Assembly (NCBI GenBank): GCA_035389045.1
Contig: DAOORA010000001.1
Span: 84,017 to 148,016, forward strand
DNA length: 64,000 nt
Reading direction: 5' to 3'
Source of the DNA: Bacteroidales bacterium
GTDB taxonomy: Bacteria; Bacteroidota; Bacteroidia; Bacteroidales; CAIWKO01
In this document: piece after piece, positions 29,318 through 38,527 of the stretch
Layout: each line of letters starts with the position of its first letter
Position numbering within the stretch: position 1 is the stretch's first letter
Notes under the pieces: generated by a model
The model's database searches: none
What the model was told of the DNA's origin: nothing
What the model saw: only the letters and a program-made list of their open reading frames with translations
Position numbers and translations under genes: made by a program

Positions 29318-29345
29318 TAAACTACTCAATATTTATAAGTTCATT

Positions 29346-29372
29346 AAATCCGGCTTTGGCCGGATTTTTTTT
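29346..29372 (+). terminator. Rho-independent terminator
   Basis: 9-bp stem AAATCCGGC/GCCGGATTT with loop TTTG, followed by T8. It lies 29 nt after the stop of 28763-29317. Confidence 0.7.
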
Positions 29373-29373
29373 A

Positions 29374-31749
29374 TCAGAACGGGTATCCGATACCGATATT
29401 ACCAATCACATTGAACTTGCTGCTGTTTTGTCCGATCCAGCGTGTATGAACAGGCATCGAAGGATCTTTGAGCACCACCGCACCGTCGAGGCGGATGACA
29501 AAATAACCGAAATCGGCTCTTAACCCCAGCCCGGCATCAAAGGCAAGCTCGCTAAGAAAGGTTCTGAAATTAAATACAGCAAGGGGAAGCTGGTTTGATG
29601 GTTTGCGCAGCCAGATATTTCCCGCATCCACAAAAACGGCCCCGCGCAAAATCTTATAGATCGGGAAACGGTATTCAATGTTCATCTCCAGGGAGATATC
29701 GCCGGTTTTTTCCAGCGAAAGTGAATCGGGCTGTTTATAGGCTCCCGGGCCCAAAGTTTTTAACCTCCATCCGCGCATACTGTTAGCGCCGCCCAGATAA
29801 AAACTTTTTTCAAAAGGAAGCACGTTCTTATTATCAAAAGGCGAACCGTAGCCCGCATAAGCCCTGTAAACAATCCTGTTATATTCATTAAATACCATGT
29901 AATACCGGAAATCGGCATCAAGACGGTAGTATTGCGAATAGGGTATTCCCAGCAATGAATAGGCTCCCTGTTCTTTCCGTATCTGGTTGGAAACCCAAAA
30001 GATGAATCCGGCAAGTTCTATATTGGTACGCAGGTAAATAAAATCTGAAGTTTTGTTTATTTTCTGAGTGTTATATATAAAGCTGTATGTCAGGGAGGTA
30101 GTGATGTGGTCGCGGTAGGCATTTTGCAGGGTGGTATTATGCAAAGCATCTATCTGTGCTTTAAAGGCCGAATCGGGTAATATTTTGATCATGTTTACCT
30201 GAAAAGGCGTCAGTATATGCGTCTTGTATTCGCTTTCTTTCCACTGGTAGCCGAATGACCCTGAAAGATAATAACGTTCATAATCCGGCCGTATCTGATA
30301 ATTGAACAGCGCGCTGAGGTTGGTTTTAGGTTTAAAATATTTCGGGAAGCGTTCCTGTTTCACAGGGATCACAAAACGTGGGATTTTCAGGTTAAACTCT
30401 ATGCCCGTTTCAACCGTATTAATAAAAGGAAGGCTTTTAATAACAGGCGTTTCTTTGATGGCGTCTTTTTTAAGTGATTGAAACTCAATGGCTCCGTTCA
30501 GTTTGATGTTGAACAGGTCGGCTCCGCGGAACAAATTTTTATTTTCATAAACCACCCCTGCTGTAAGTCCCAGTTCTCCGCCTTTGTTGGTTGTTTCGGT
30601 GCTGATGGCCAGCGCCTGCACGGCAGCTTTTTTTAGTTTTATGCAGCAATCCAGTTTTCCGGTGGTATTTGTATCGTTTTTCAGTTCATTGAAGGTTATA
30701 TTTACAAAACGGTAAATTTTCAGATCGAGCAGGCTCTTGTATGTCTTTTCGACATCAGAGATATTAAAGTAATCACCGCTGTCGACAAATACCGATTGAG
30801 ATATGGTTTTCCTGTTGATTTTCAATTTATTGCTGAATACATAATAATACACTTTCTGAGGATGGTTTTTAAGCCGTGCCGGTATGGTGATCCTTAAAGT
30901 GTCATAGGTTATCGGAATGTTTTTATCCGTTTCAAAATCGGTGTTGATGATGATACGGTTCAGTGTGTATCGCTTGTGACGTATGGTTACCAGCGAATCA
31001 GGCCTAACCTCCGACGGGGCCAGCGCATCAGAAATCTTTATCTTGATATCCGCCTGATGTGAATTTAAGGAACTGTCGACGATGAAGTTAATATAATCCT
31101 TACTGAAATAATAATATCCGTTTTCTCTCAGTATGCGCGTGATTCGGTCTCTTTCGGCATCAATTTTATCAACATTGAAAATCTCCCCGGGAATAAGGGC
31201 ACATTCCGATTTTTTGCTGTAAACAAAAGCTTTCAATGTGGCGTCGCTGATAGCATAGCTTAGCGTGTTGATTTTGTATGGAGCATATGTTGTTACTTTA
31301 TATTCTGCTTTGGCATTACGCTTATTCTTTTTGGGGTATTTGATACTATAACTGATATCCGAATTAAAATACCCGTGATTGTTCAGATAGTATTCGATCT
31401 GCTTTAATGTACTTTCGGACAATGTAGTATCTAAAAGCACAGGTTCTGCGGCAAAAGTGTTTTTTATCCATTTTTTAAACCCGGTTTCTTTCCCTTTTGT
31501 TGAATAATTCCAGAACCTTATGTTCAGGTACAGGCCGAAGTTGCGGCGATTGGGTTTTTGTTTAAAAAGATCTTTCAGCTCTGAAGCATCAATAGCATTT
31601 TTGTTCATGATGAGCTTGTTACTGACCAGCAAGTATTTGTCTTTGGGATATTTCCGTATGGGGCTGCATGATATGGCCAGTGCAAAAACTGCAAGGCATA
31701 ACAGCGTGATACAGCCAATGCGGACTAACAAATATCCTTTTTTATTCAT
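29374..31749 (-). CDS. Omp85-superfamily (BamA/TamA-like) outer-membrane protein
   Basis: 791 aa with an N-terminal signal/lipobox-like sequence and POTRA-like repeats. The C-terminal barrel has FYLGGANSMRGW and ends IGIGYPF. Confidence 0.8.
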   Translation of the reverse strand: MNKKGYLLVRIGCITLLCLAVFALAISCSPIRKYPKDKYLLVSNKLIMNKNAIDASELKDLFKQKPNRRNFGLYLNIRFWNYSTKGKETGFKKWIKNTFAAEPVLLDTTLSESTLKQIEYYLNNHGYFNSDISYSIKYPKKNKRNAKAEYKVTTYAPYKINTLSYAISDATLKAFVYSKKSECALIPGEIFNVDKIDAERDRITRILRENGYYYFSKDYINFIVDSSLNSHQADIKIKISDALAPSEVRPDSLVTIRHKRYTLNRIIINTDFETDKNIPITYDTLRITIPARLKNHPQKVYYYVFSNKLKINRKTISQSVFVDSGDYFNISDVEKTYKSLLDLKIYRFVNITFNELKNDTNTTGKLDCCIKLKKAAVQALAISTETTNKGGELGLTAGVVYENKNLFRGADLFNIKLNGAIEFQSLKKDAIKETPVIKSLPFINTVETGIEFNLKIPRFVIPVKQERFPKYFKPKTNLSALFNYQIRPDYERYYLSGSFGYQWKESEYKTHILTPFQVNMIKILPDSAFKAQIDALHNTTLQNAYRDHITTSLTYSFIYNTQKINKTSDFIYLRTNIELAGFIFWVSNQIRKEQGAYSLLGIPYSQYYRLDADFRYYMVFNEYNRIVYRAYAGYGSPFDNKNVLPFEKSFYLGGANSMRGWRLKTLGPGAYKQPDSLSLEKTGDISLEMNIEYRFPIYKILRGAVFVDAGNIWLRKPSNQLPLAVFNFRTFLSELAFDAGLGLRADFGYFVIRLDGAVVLKDPSMPVHTRWIGQNSSKFNVIGNIGIGYPF

Positions 31750-32974
31750 ATCTCAATGCTTCGATCGGGTCGAGACGGGCAGCTTTCATGGCAGGAAAAA
31801 TACCGGAAACAAGACCAACAGCAATACATAAACATATTCCGAAAAATATCCATAACCAGGGAACTACAAACCGGCTGCCGAGAATAATGGACATAACATT
31901 ACCAATAAGGATACCAAACAATATTCCCAGCAGCCCGCCCAGTATACCGATGACGATAGCTTCGACGAGAAACTGGTTACGGATCATTCGTGATGTGGCG
32001 CCGGTTGCTTTTCGTATGCCGATCTCGCGTGTTCGTTCCGTAACGGATACAAGCATAATGTTCATCAGCCCTATGGCAGCCCCGAGCAAGGTAATAAATC
32101 CTATTATGGTTGCCGCAAGCGTGACGTATTGTATATTCTCGAGAAGCATCTGGGCCAGATTATCGCTTTTTTCCACCTCGAAGTTGTTCTTTTCACCGGG
32201 CTGGACATTTCTGATCACCCGGAACGTTCCTGTAGCTTCTCCTATTGCTACATCCATCATCAGTGCATTAGTGACCATCACATTGATGGTATACGAGAGC
32301 TCTTTACCGGCCACAAACTGACGCAGGTTCGACACAGGAACCATGCAGCTTTTATCGCCGCTAAAACCCATACTGGAGCCTTTTTCTTTCATCACACCAA
32401 TAATTTTGTACTTTTTAGGTCCGAGTGAGATTTGTTTATCGACAGGATTTTCATTCTGAGGAAATAGTTTTTTTACGATCTCACTGCCGACCAACACCAC
32501 ATTATCGCCATTGGTCAGTTCCCTGGCCGAAAAGTTTCTTCCATAGTCCAGTTCATAACCTGATGTGATCAGGTAATTTTCATCTACGCCCTGGACATTG
32601 ATATTGGGATTTGTTTTTTTTGAAGCATATTTTGCAGTTGCACCGCCTGTACCAAAGGTCGAAATGGAGGTTACAGCAGGAAATGAGAATCTTTCTTTAA
32701 AGGCAAGCGCTTCATTATAGGTAATGTTCCGGTAATCTATCCGTCTTTCGCCGCCATGCATGCGCATCCCATGGTTCCTAATACTGAACGTGTTGGAACC
32801 CATACGGGCAAAATTACTGCTGATGGAATCTTTGATGGATTCTATGGCGGTGAGTATCCCAACCAGCGCCATGATGCCAACGGCAATGATCAATACCGTG
32901 AGTATGGTACGCAGAAGATGTGTGCGTATGGCAACCAGCGATATCCTGATGTTTTCTACGATCAATAACTTCAT
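31742..32974 (-). CDS. MacB/FtsX-type ABC transporter permease (no adjacent ATPase)
   Basis: 410 aa with one TM helix, a large periplasmic domain and three TM helices. It has the FtsX motif VSVTERTREIGIRKATGA and overlaps the Omp85 gene by 8 nt. Confidence 0.85.
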   Translation of the reverse strand: MKLLIVENIRISLVAIRTHLLRTILTVLIIAVGIMALVGILTAIESIKDSISSNFARMGSNTFSIRNHGMRMHGGERRIDYRNITYNEALAFKERFSFPAVTSISTFGTGGATAKYASKKTNPNINVQGVDENYLITSGYELDYGRNFSARELTNGDNVVLVGSEIVKKLFPQNENPVDKQISLGPKKYKIIGVMKEKGSSMGFSGDKSCMVPVSNLRQFVAGKELSYTINVMVTNALMMDVAIGEATGTFRVIRNVQPGEKNNFEVEKSDNLAQMLLENIQYVTLAATIIGFITLLGAAIGLMNIMLVSVTERTREIGIRKATGATSRMIRNQFLVEAIVIGILGGLLGILFGILIGNVMSIILGSRFVVPWLWIFFGICLCIAVGLVSGIFPAMKAARLDPIEALRYE

Positions 32975-33211
32975 AACAGAGTTTTACCATCCAAATAGGC
33001 ATAACAAAAGTATAAAAATAAAAAAACTGTTTTGATTTAGTAATTCATTCTTTTGTAAAAATTTCATTATCAATTAAAAATCAGGTACAAACCTGATTGA
33101 TTCCTAAATTGTTATGACTAATTATTTATCAATGAGTTCCTTTGTGGTGCACCTTGAGCGTCTTTGTGGTAATAACTATTAACCATTAAGGTTCACAAAG
33201 GATCTCAACGT

Positions 33212-33240
33212 ATATGAATTAACAATCAGTTAATTCATAT
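33212..33240. repeat. Perfect 12-bp inverted repeat ATATGAATTAAC-N5-GTTAATTCATAT
   Basis: Read directly from the sequence. It lies in the 366-bp gap between the stop of 33341-34810 and the start of the permease/Omp85 pair. Confidence 0.6.
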
Positions 33241-33340
33241 TGAAGACTTCCGGAAAAAAATAAACACGGCTTACAGGTGCATTGTAATTAAATATTGTCT
33301 GTGTCTGTGATCATCCTGACTATCCTGAGTAATTATCTCA

Positions 33341-34810
33341 TTATTCTTTTACGATCTTATTAACAACAATTCCATACTTGTCTTGAATTATTAAATAATA
33401 AATACCAGTGGTTAATCGAGAAATATTGAACTCTGTTTTTGCTTCCCTCATATTCTTTTTAACAATGGATTTCCCCTGAATATCACATATGGTGATCATC
33501 ACATTTATTTCTTCATTTGATTGCAAAAATTCAATAGTTATCAAATCTTTGACCAAAGCAGGATAGAACCGGATATAACCTTTTAACGGAATATCATTAA
33601 TGCCATAATAACATGTGTCAATGATATTAAGATAAACTGTATCCTTTGCCCAGCATGTTAATGTACTGTCGGTATTATAGTTTTCTGCATTGACCCAATA
33701 GTAACCTGTTTGTGTTACTATTTGTGTTTGACCGGTATTGCCTGTTGACCAATAATAGGCATCAGCGGGGCCTGCATCAATTAAATAATTCAAACATACT
33801 TCATTATTATCAGGGCCAAAGTCAACGATTGGAGTTTGTATAACAATTAATGAAAAAGAAGTATCATAACTGTTACCTGCAGAGTCTATCACAGTGACAA
33901 CATATTGATAATTTCCACCGGAGTCGGGTACTAAAGTAAACAGGCTGTCATTCACTACATTAATAAATGGACCGTTCAGGATCACAGTATCTATAGGAGG
34001 TGCTGCAGTAAATAACGACGGATTTAAATTGATTTCCCACCAGAAAACATATCCATTATCGAAGGCAAAATAATCACATATATCAAGTGTCCAGACTCCG
34101 TTAAGCGGGCAACCAAACAGCCCGGACAACGAATTGTTCGGTGTCAGATAATCTGTATCATTAATTGTATTGGTTGAATCCACTGGGATCCCCTGATTAT
34201 AACATATAGCGGAAACAGTATCCAGTGCACCCTGCTGCGGATAAAACTCAGACCAGCAATAAGTCCAGCCTGTTCCAAAAGGATTATTTACAGGGTCGCA
34301 CCCATTGTCATAAAGATTGTGGCCCCCTCCTCCATATGGTTCACCCATATATGTTCCGCAACCATATGAGTGCGGGGCAAGAGTAACAGATTGTCCATTA
34401 GGACATATGATACGAAAAGTAAGGTCAACAGAATGGGAATGTTCCATATTAACGCAAATTGACAATATATCATCGGTGCTTGTTACGGTTGTTTCCGGAC
34501 CAAACGCCATGACATCCACAGAAGAGCTGTAACATTGGCTGGCGCAAAGGGGACCATCGGGAATTATACTCATACTGTCATACCTGAATACTGGATTATG
34601 AACAGCATTAAAATCATTGAGCACCACTGTTGATGACAGATCATACCCAATCGATACATAAGAAGTATCGCTTCCTGAACAAATATCCGGTAATGGATTA
34701 ATTACAAGAAATGGATTCACCGAACTTAAAATTTTATGTATAATCTGGCCTTGCCCCACATAAACACTCATTGACATAATACTTAACAGCAAAAATTTCT
34801 TGTAATTCAT
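33341..34810 (-). CDS. T9SS cargo protein with a proprotein-convertase P-domain-like module
   Basis: Signal peptide present. MEHSHSVDLTFRIICPNGQSVTL and LNGVWTLDICDYFAFDNGYVFWWEINL resemble the P-domain. The C-terminus ...TGIYYLIIQDKYGIVVNKIVKE is a T9SS domain. Confidence 0.65.
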   Translation of the reverse strand: MNYKKFLLLSIMSMSVYVGQGQIIHKILSSVNPFLVINPLPDICSGSDTSYVSIGYDLSSTVVLNDFNAVHNPVFRYDSMSIIPDGPLCASQCYSSSVDVMAFGPETTVTSTDDILSICVNMEHSHSVDLTFRIICPNGQSVTLAPHSYGCGTYMGEPYGGGGHNLYDNGCDPVNNPFGTGWTYCWSEFYPQQGALDTVSAICYNQGIPVDSTNTINDTDYLTPNNSLSGLFGCPLNGVWTLDICDYFAFDNGYVFWWEINLNPSLFTAAPPIDTVILNGPFINVVNDSLFTLVPDSGGNYQYVVTVIDSAGNSYDTSFSLIVIQTPIVDFGPDNNEVCLNYLIDAGPADAYYWSTGNTGQTQIVTQTGYYWVNAENYNTDSTLTCWAKDTVYLNIIDTCYYGINDIPLKGYIRFYPALVKDLITIEFLQSNEEINVMITICDIQGKSIVKKNMREAKTEFNISRLTTGIYYLIIQDKYGIVVNKIVKE

Positions 34811-35345
34811 AGCTTTTAATCTTTTGATAGGTATTAAGACCGAGTTGCTTTAAGATTTTGGACGTTAAACAAAATTACATAATTAATCACATTAAAATAA
34901 AAAAAATTCAAATATATTAACCCGACATGAGCAATAAATTTTTAAGTTATAGATATGCAGCGATATATATTTGTCAATATTGATTTTTAGGTAACACAAA
35001 TTTTGTATAGAGAGGGTTCTTTTAAACACCATAAGCGCGTTAAAAAGCGTGCATTTTTTTTAATTTCAATCAATCACTTACTGTTTTTCCACTCTGCTGT
35101 AAGTATTTTCAACTGCTAATGATCCGGCATAATTTCCAGTCGAAGTGTACGGATAATCTTTTCAGGATTAACTTTCAAACCGGCTTATACCCAATTTGAA
35201 TTAATATAAGTTGGTTTTTGACGGATAAACTTGTTTTAACTCAGCAAAACCGGTCTGTCAACATCCTGGCATATTTTGTATTTTTAAATTTATTTTAAAC
35301 GCCGCGCGTCAATTCTCTGTGCGCTCCACGAATATGTTCGTTCAA

Positions 35346-35356
35346 GGGGGGGGGGG
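35346..35356. repeat. Homopolymeric G11 tract in an intergenic region
   Basis: ttcaaGGGGGGGGGGGagctt, counted directly. Confidence 0.9.
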
Positions 35357-35493
35357 AGCTTAAAAAACAGCAGACCATTAGTAATTGTATTATTTAAATT
35401 TATCGTTATTTCTCCGGCTGCTTTTATATTTATGACTATGAATTATTACCGGTTGTAAAAAAAGGGGGTATTCCAGAAAACTTAATATTTGTC

Positions 35494-35501
35494 TATCTTT
35501 G
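35494..35501 (+). promoter_or_regulatory. Bacteroidota -7 promoter box TATCTTTG
   Basis: Matches TAnnTTTG. It lies inside the longest ORF (TTG 35489) and 12 nt upstream of the in-frame TTG 35513. Confidence 0.45.
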
Positions 35502-35512
35502 CAAAAAAAAAA

Positions 35513-36697
35513 TTGAACGGGAACCAACTTTTTATTGCTAAAACCCAGTATGGTTTTGAAGAACTTCTTGCCGGAGAACTGCAGCAGGCCGGGGCAAGTG
35601 ATATACAGTTACTGACCCGGGCGGTGTCGTTCCGGGGCAGCCTGGAGGTCATGTATACGGCAAACTATACATGCCGGACCGCCTTACACATCCTGATGCC
35701 GGTACTCGATTTTAAATTCCGCGACAAGGAACAATTCTTTGAACTGATAAAAAAATTCGACTGGGCACAGTATTTTCTGGCGGATAAGACTTTTTCTATT
35801 GACACTGTGATGTCGGACTCTTTTTTCACCAATTCACATTATGTATCACTGTTGTGTAAAGATGCCATTGCGGATCATTTTCGTGATAGATACAACCGCC
35901 GCCCTTCTGTAGAACTGGAAAATCCGGATATAAGAATTCATGTGCATATCCGCGGGCACGAGTGTTCGGTGTCGTTCGACAGTTCCGGAGGTTCGCTCCA
36001 CCGCAGGGGATACCGGCTAATGCAGGGACTTGCGCCTATGAGCGAGGTGTTGGCAGCCGGCATGGTGTTGCTCAGCGGCTGGGATAAAAAAACCAACCTC
36101 TTCGATCCGATGTGCGGCTCGGCTACTATACTTACCGAAGCTGCCATGATAGCGGGAAATATCCCTGCAGGATATTACCGTAAGTCGTTTGGATTCGAAA
36201 AATGGAATAATTTTGATGAAAACCTGTGGCAGCAGGTCAAAGAAAATGCCGATGCAAAAATCATTGAATCTGAATGTGAAATTACGGGTGCTGACATTTC
36301 GGAATCCGCCATTGATGCTGCTTCAAAAAACCTGAGATCTGCCCGGTTGCATAAAGACATTCACCTGACGGAATGTGATTTCCGTGATTTCAGGTTTCCC
36401 CCTGAGAAAGGCATGATCATTACCAATCCCCCCTACGGTGAACGTATAAAACCCGAAGACATCATTCGCCTTTACAAAGATATCGGCGACACACTGAAAC
36501 GTCATTGTGCAGGTTATGAGGCATGGGTCATCAGTTCGCATTTTGATGCACTGAAATTCATCGGCCTGAAACCGGGTAAAAAGGTCACCCTGTTCAATGG
36601 CCCCCTGGAATGTCGCTTTGTGAAGTTTGAAGTGTTTCAGGGAAGCCTGAAAGATGAGAAAAGCAGGGAAAACAAGGCCCATCGCAACGACAGGTAA
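35513..36697 (+). CDS. THUMP-domain class I SAM-dependent RNA methyltransferase (RlmL N-terminal/YpsC-like)
   Basis: N-terminus LFIAKTQYGFEELLAGEL (ferredoxin-like/THUMP region), DPMCGSATILTEAA, and the catalytic NPPYGER. The start was placed at TTG 35513 because of the promoter box; the longest ORF begins at 35489. Confidence 0.85.
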   Translation: MNGNQLFIAKTQYGFEELLAGELQQAGASDIQLLTRAVSFRGSLEVMYTANYTCRTALHILMPVLDFKFRDKEQFFELIKKFDWAQYFLADKTFSIDTVMSDSFFTNSHYVSLLCKDAIADHFRDRYNRRPSVELENPDIRIHVHIRGHECSVSFDSSGGSLHRRGYRLMQGLAPMSEVLAAGMVLLSGWDKKTNLFDPMCGSATILTEAAMIAGNIPAGYYRKSFGFEKWNNFDENLWQQVKENADAKIIESECEITGADISESAIDAASKNLRSARLHKDIHLTECDFRDFRFPPEKGMIITNPPYGERIKPEDIIRLYKDIGDTLKRHCAGYEAWVISSHFDALKFIGLKPGKKVTLFNGPLECRFVKFEVFQGSLKDEKSRENKAHRNDR

Positions 36698-36792
36698 TAA
36701 TTCATAGTTGTTTTTACTAATGAACAGATTCTCAGCCGTTGGTTCTGCCAGAAACGGAGCCAAAGATGTGCCTGAACCAAAAAAGCACATCC

Positions 36793-38319
36793 TTATTCGC
36801 TGATATAAAGCCTCTTGCTGGAAAATTCGGGATCACAGGTCAGGTTTACTTTCAGCTTACGAAACCCTGCCTCATCGCCCGGAGTAGGAATATGAGTAGA
36901 ATGTACCTCACACCCCTGCAATTCTTTAAGACTTTCCAAAGCCATCTGGGCGGCAGGGTTATATAAGGCACAGATAGCCATAACGATCAGGGTTTCCTCC
37001 ACATCCAGGCTGACCATTTTGCCATTCAGCAGGTCTTTTTTCATATAAGTTACTGAGTCGATGATACTCTTAGGCAGCAGATGCATATTATCAGGGAGGC
37101 CGGCCAGGTATTTTGTGGCATTAAGAATCAGGCTTGAGGATGCATGCAGCAACGGGGAGTTTTTGCCTGTAATAATGATTCCATCGTGCAATTCAATGGC
37201 CGATCCGCAAAAGATCCCCGCATTGCCCTTGCCGCTTTTTTCGGCATCTTTTGCTGCTTTGCGGGCCGGCAGTACCACCTTACGGTCTTTTTCCTTTGCG
37301 CCAACTTTATTCATGAGCTCCACAGAGCGGTTAAGGGTGTCCTTTTCGGTCAGGCCCATAGCATATTCCACGGCACATCTGAAATACCTCCGTATGATCT
37401 CCTGAAAAGCCGCTTCCCGGATGATACCATCATCAACAATGCCTGCGCTTGCACGGTTGACTCCCATATCGGTAGGTGAATTATACAGGGATCTACCGCC
37501 GGTTATTTTTTCAAGCATCCTTTTAAGCAGGTTGAATGCTTCAATATCACGGTTGTAGTTTACGACCTCTATATTATAGGCTTTAAGATGGTGAATATCA
37601 ATAAGATTTTCATCTCCCAGGTCAGCCGTAGCTGCCTCATAGGCAATATTGACCATATGGTCGAGCGGCAGGTCCCAGATAGGAAAGGTTTCGAATTTCG
37701 CATACCCTGCTTTAATACCCAATTTATATTCATGATACAGATTGGACAGGCAGGTTGCAAGTTTGCCGCTGCCCGGCCCGGGCCCCGTAACAATCACTAT
37801 AGGTTTTGTCGTTTTGATATATTCATTGGCTCCATATCCCTGGTCGCTTACAATTAGGTCTACATCGGTAGGATAACCTTTCGTGGGGTAATGAACATAT
37901 ACATTGATGCCCTTAGACTCGAGCTTGCGTTTGAACGTTTTTGCGGCAGGCTGATTACGATAGCGGGTTATGACCACGGCTGTTACATTGATCCCCCACC
38001 ACTTCAGATCATCGATCGTTTTAAAAGTATCTACATCGTACGTGATCCCAAAATCAGCACGGATCTTATCTCTTTCGATATCACCCGCATGTATGCACAT
38101 GATTACATCAATCTTCTCTTTCAGCAGTTGCAATAACCGTATCTTCACATTAGGATCAAAACCGGGCAAAACCCTTGCGGCATGATAATCATACAGTATC
38201 TTACCTCCAAATTCCAAATATAGTTTATCATTGAACCGGCTCACCCTCTCAAGAATAGCGGTGGTCTGCTCCCGGAGGTATTTTTCATTGTCAAAACCTG
38301 TTTTACTATGTTCTTTCAT
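36793..38319 (-). CDS. DUF1846 (UPF0371) family protein
   Basis: GFDNEKYLREQTTAILERVSRFNDKLYLEFGGK is the conserved N-terminus of UPF0371. The longest ORF starts with TTG at 38352; ATG 38319 (MKEHSK) fits the family better. Confidence 0.8.
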   Translation of the reverse strand: MKEHSKTGFDNEKYLREQTTAILERVSRFNDKLYLEFGGKILYDYHAARVLPGFDPNVKIRLLQLLKEKIDVIMCIHAGDIERDKIRADFGITYDVDTFKTIDDLKWWGINVTAVVITRYRNQPAAKTFKRKLESKGINVYVHYPTKGYPTDVDLIVSDQGYGANEYIKTTKPIVIVTGPGPGSGKLATCLSNLYHEYKLGIKAGYAKFETFPIWDLPLDHMVNIAYEAATADLGDENLIDIHHLKAYNIEVVNYNRDIEAFNLLKRMLEKITGGRSLYNSPTDMGVNRASAGIVDDGIIREAAFQEIIRRYFRCAVEYAMGLTEKDTLNRSVELMNKVGAKEKDRKVVLPARKAAKDAEKSGKGNAGIFCGSAIELHDGIIITGKNSPLLHASSSLILNATKYLAGLPDNMHLLPKSIIDSVTYMKKDLLNGKMVSLDVEETLIVMAICALYNPAAQMALESLKELQGCEVHSTHIPTPGDEAGFRKLKVNLTCDPEFSSKRLYISE

Positions 38320-38527
38320 CGGATCTGCGTGATGTTTTATTGTTGCAGGCAATATTAGTCAAATTTTATGTTCAGGTTATATCTCTCAACGAAAAAAATA
38401 TGAACAGTTTTTGCATTTGTATCATGCAGACATTGGAAGTTTTGAATAGCCCGGGTGTTCAAAAAAAAATTTTTTTCGGTACGGGTATGTTTATATTATG
38501 ATTTATTTTGCTTTTTAATATCCAACT

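Noticed and set aside
36323-36790. 155-aa minus-strand ORF
   Set aside because: It is antisense to the 3' part of the THUMP methyltransferase gene, which contains NPPYGER.
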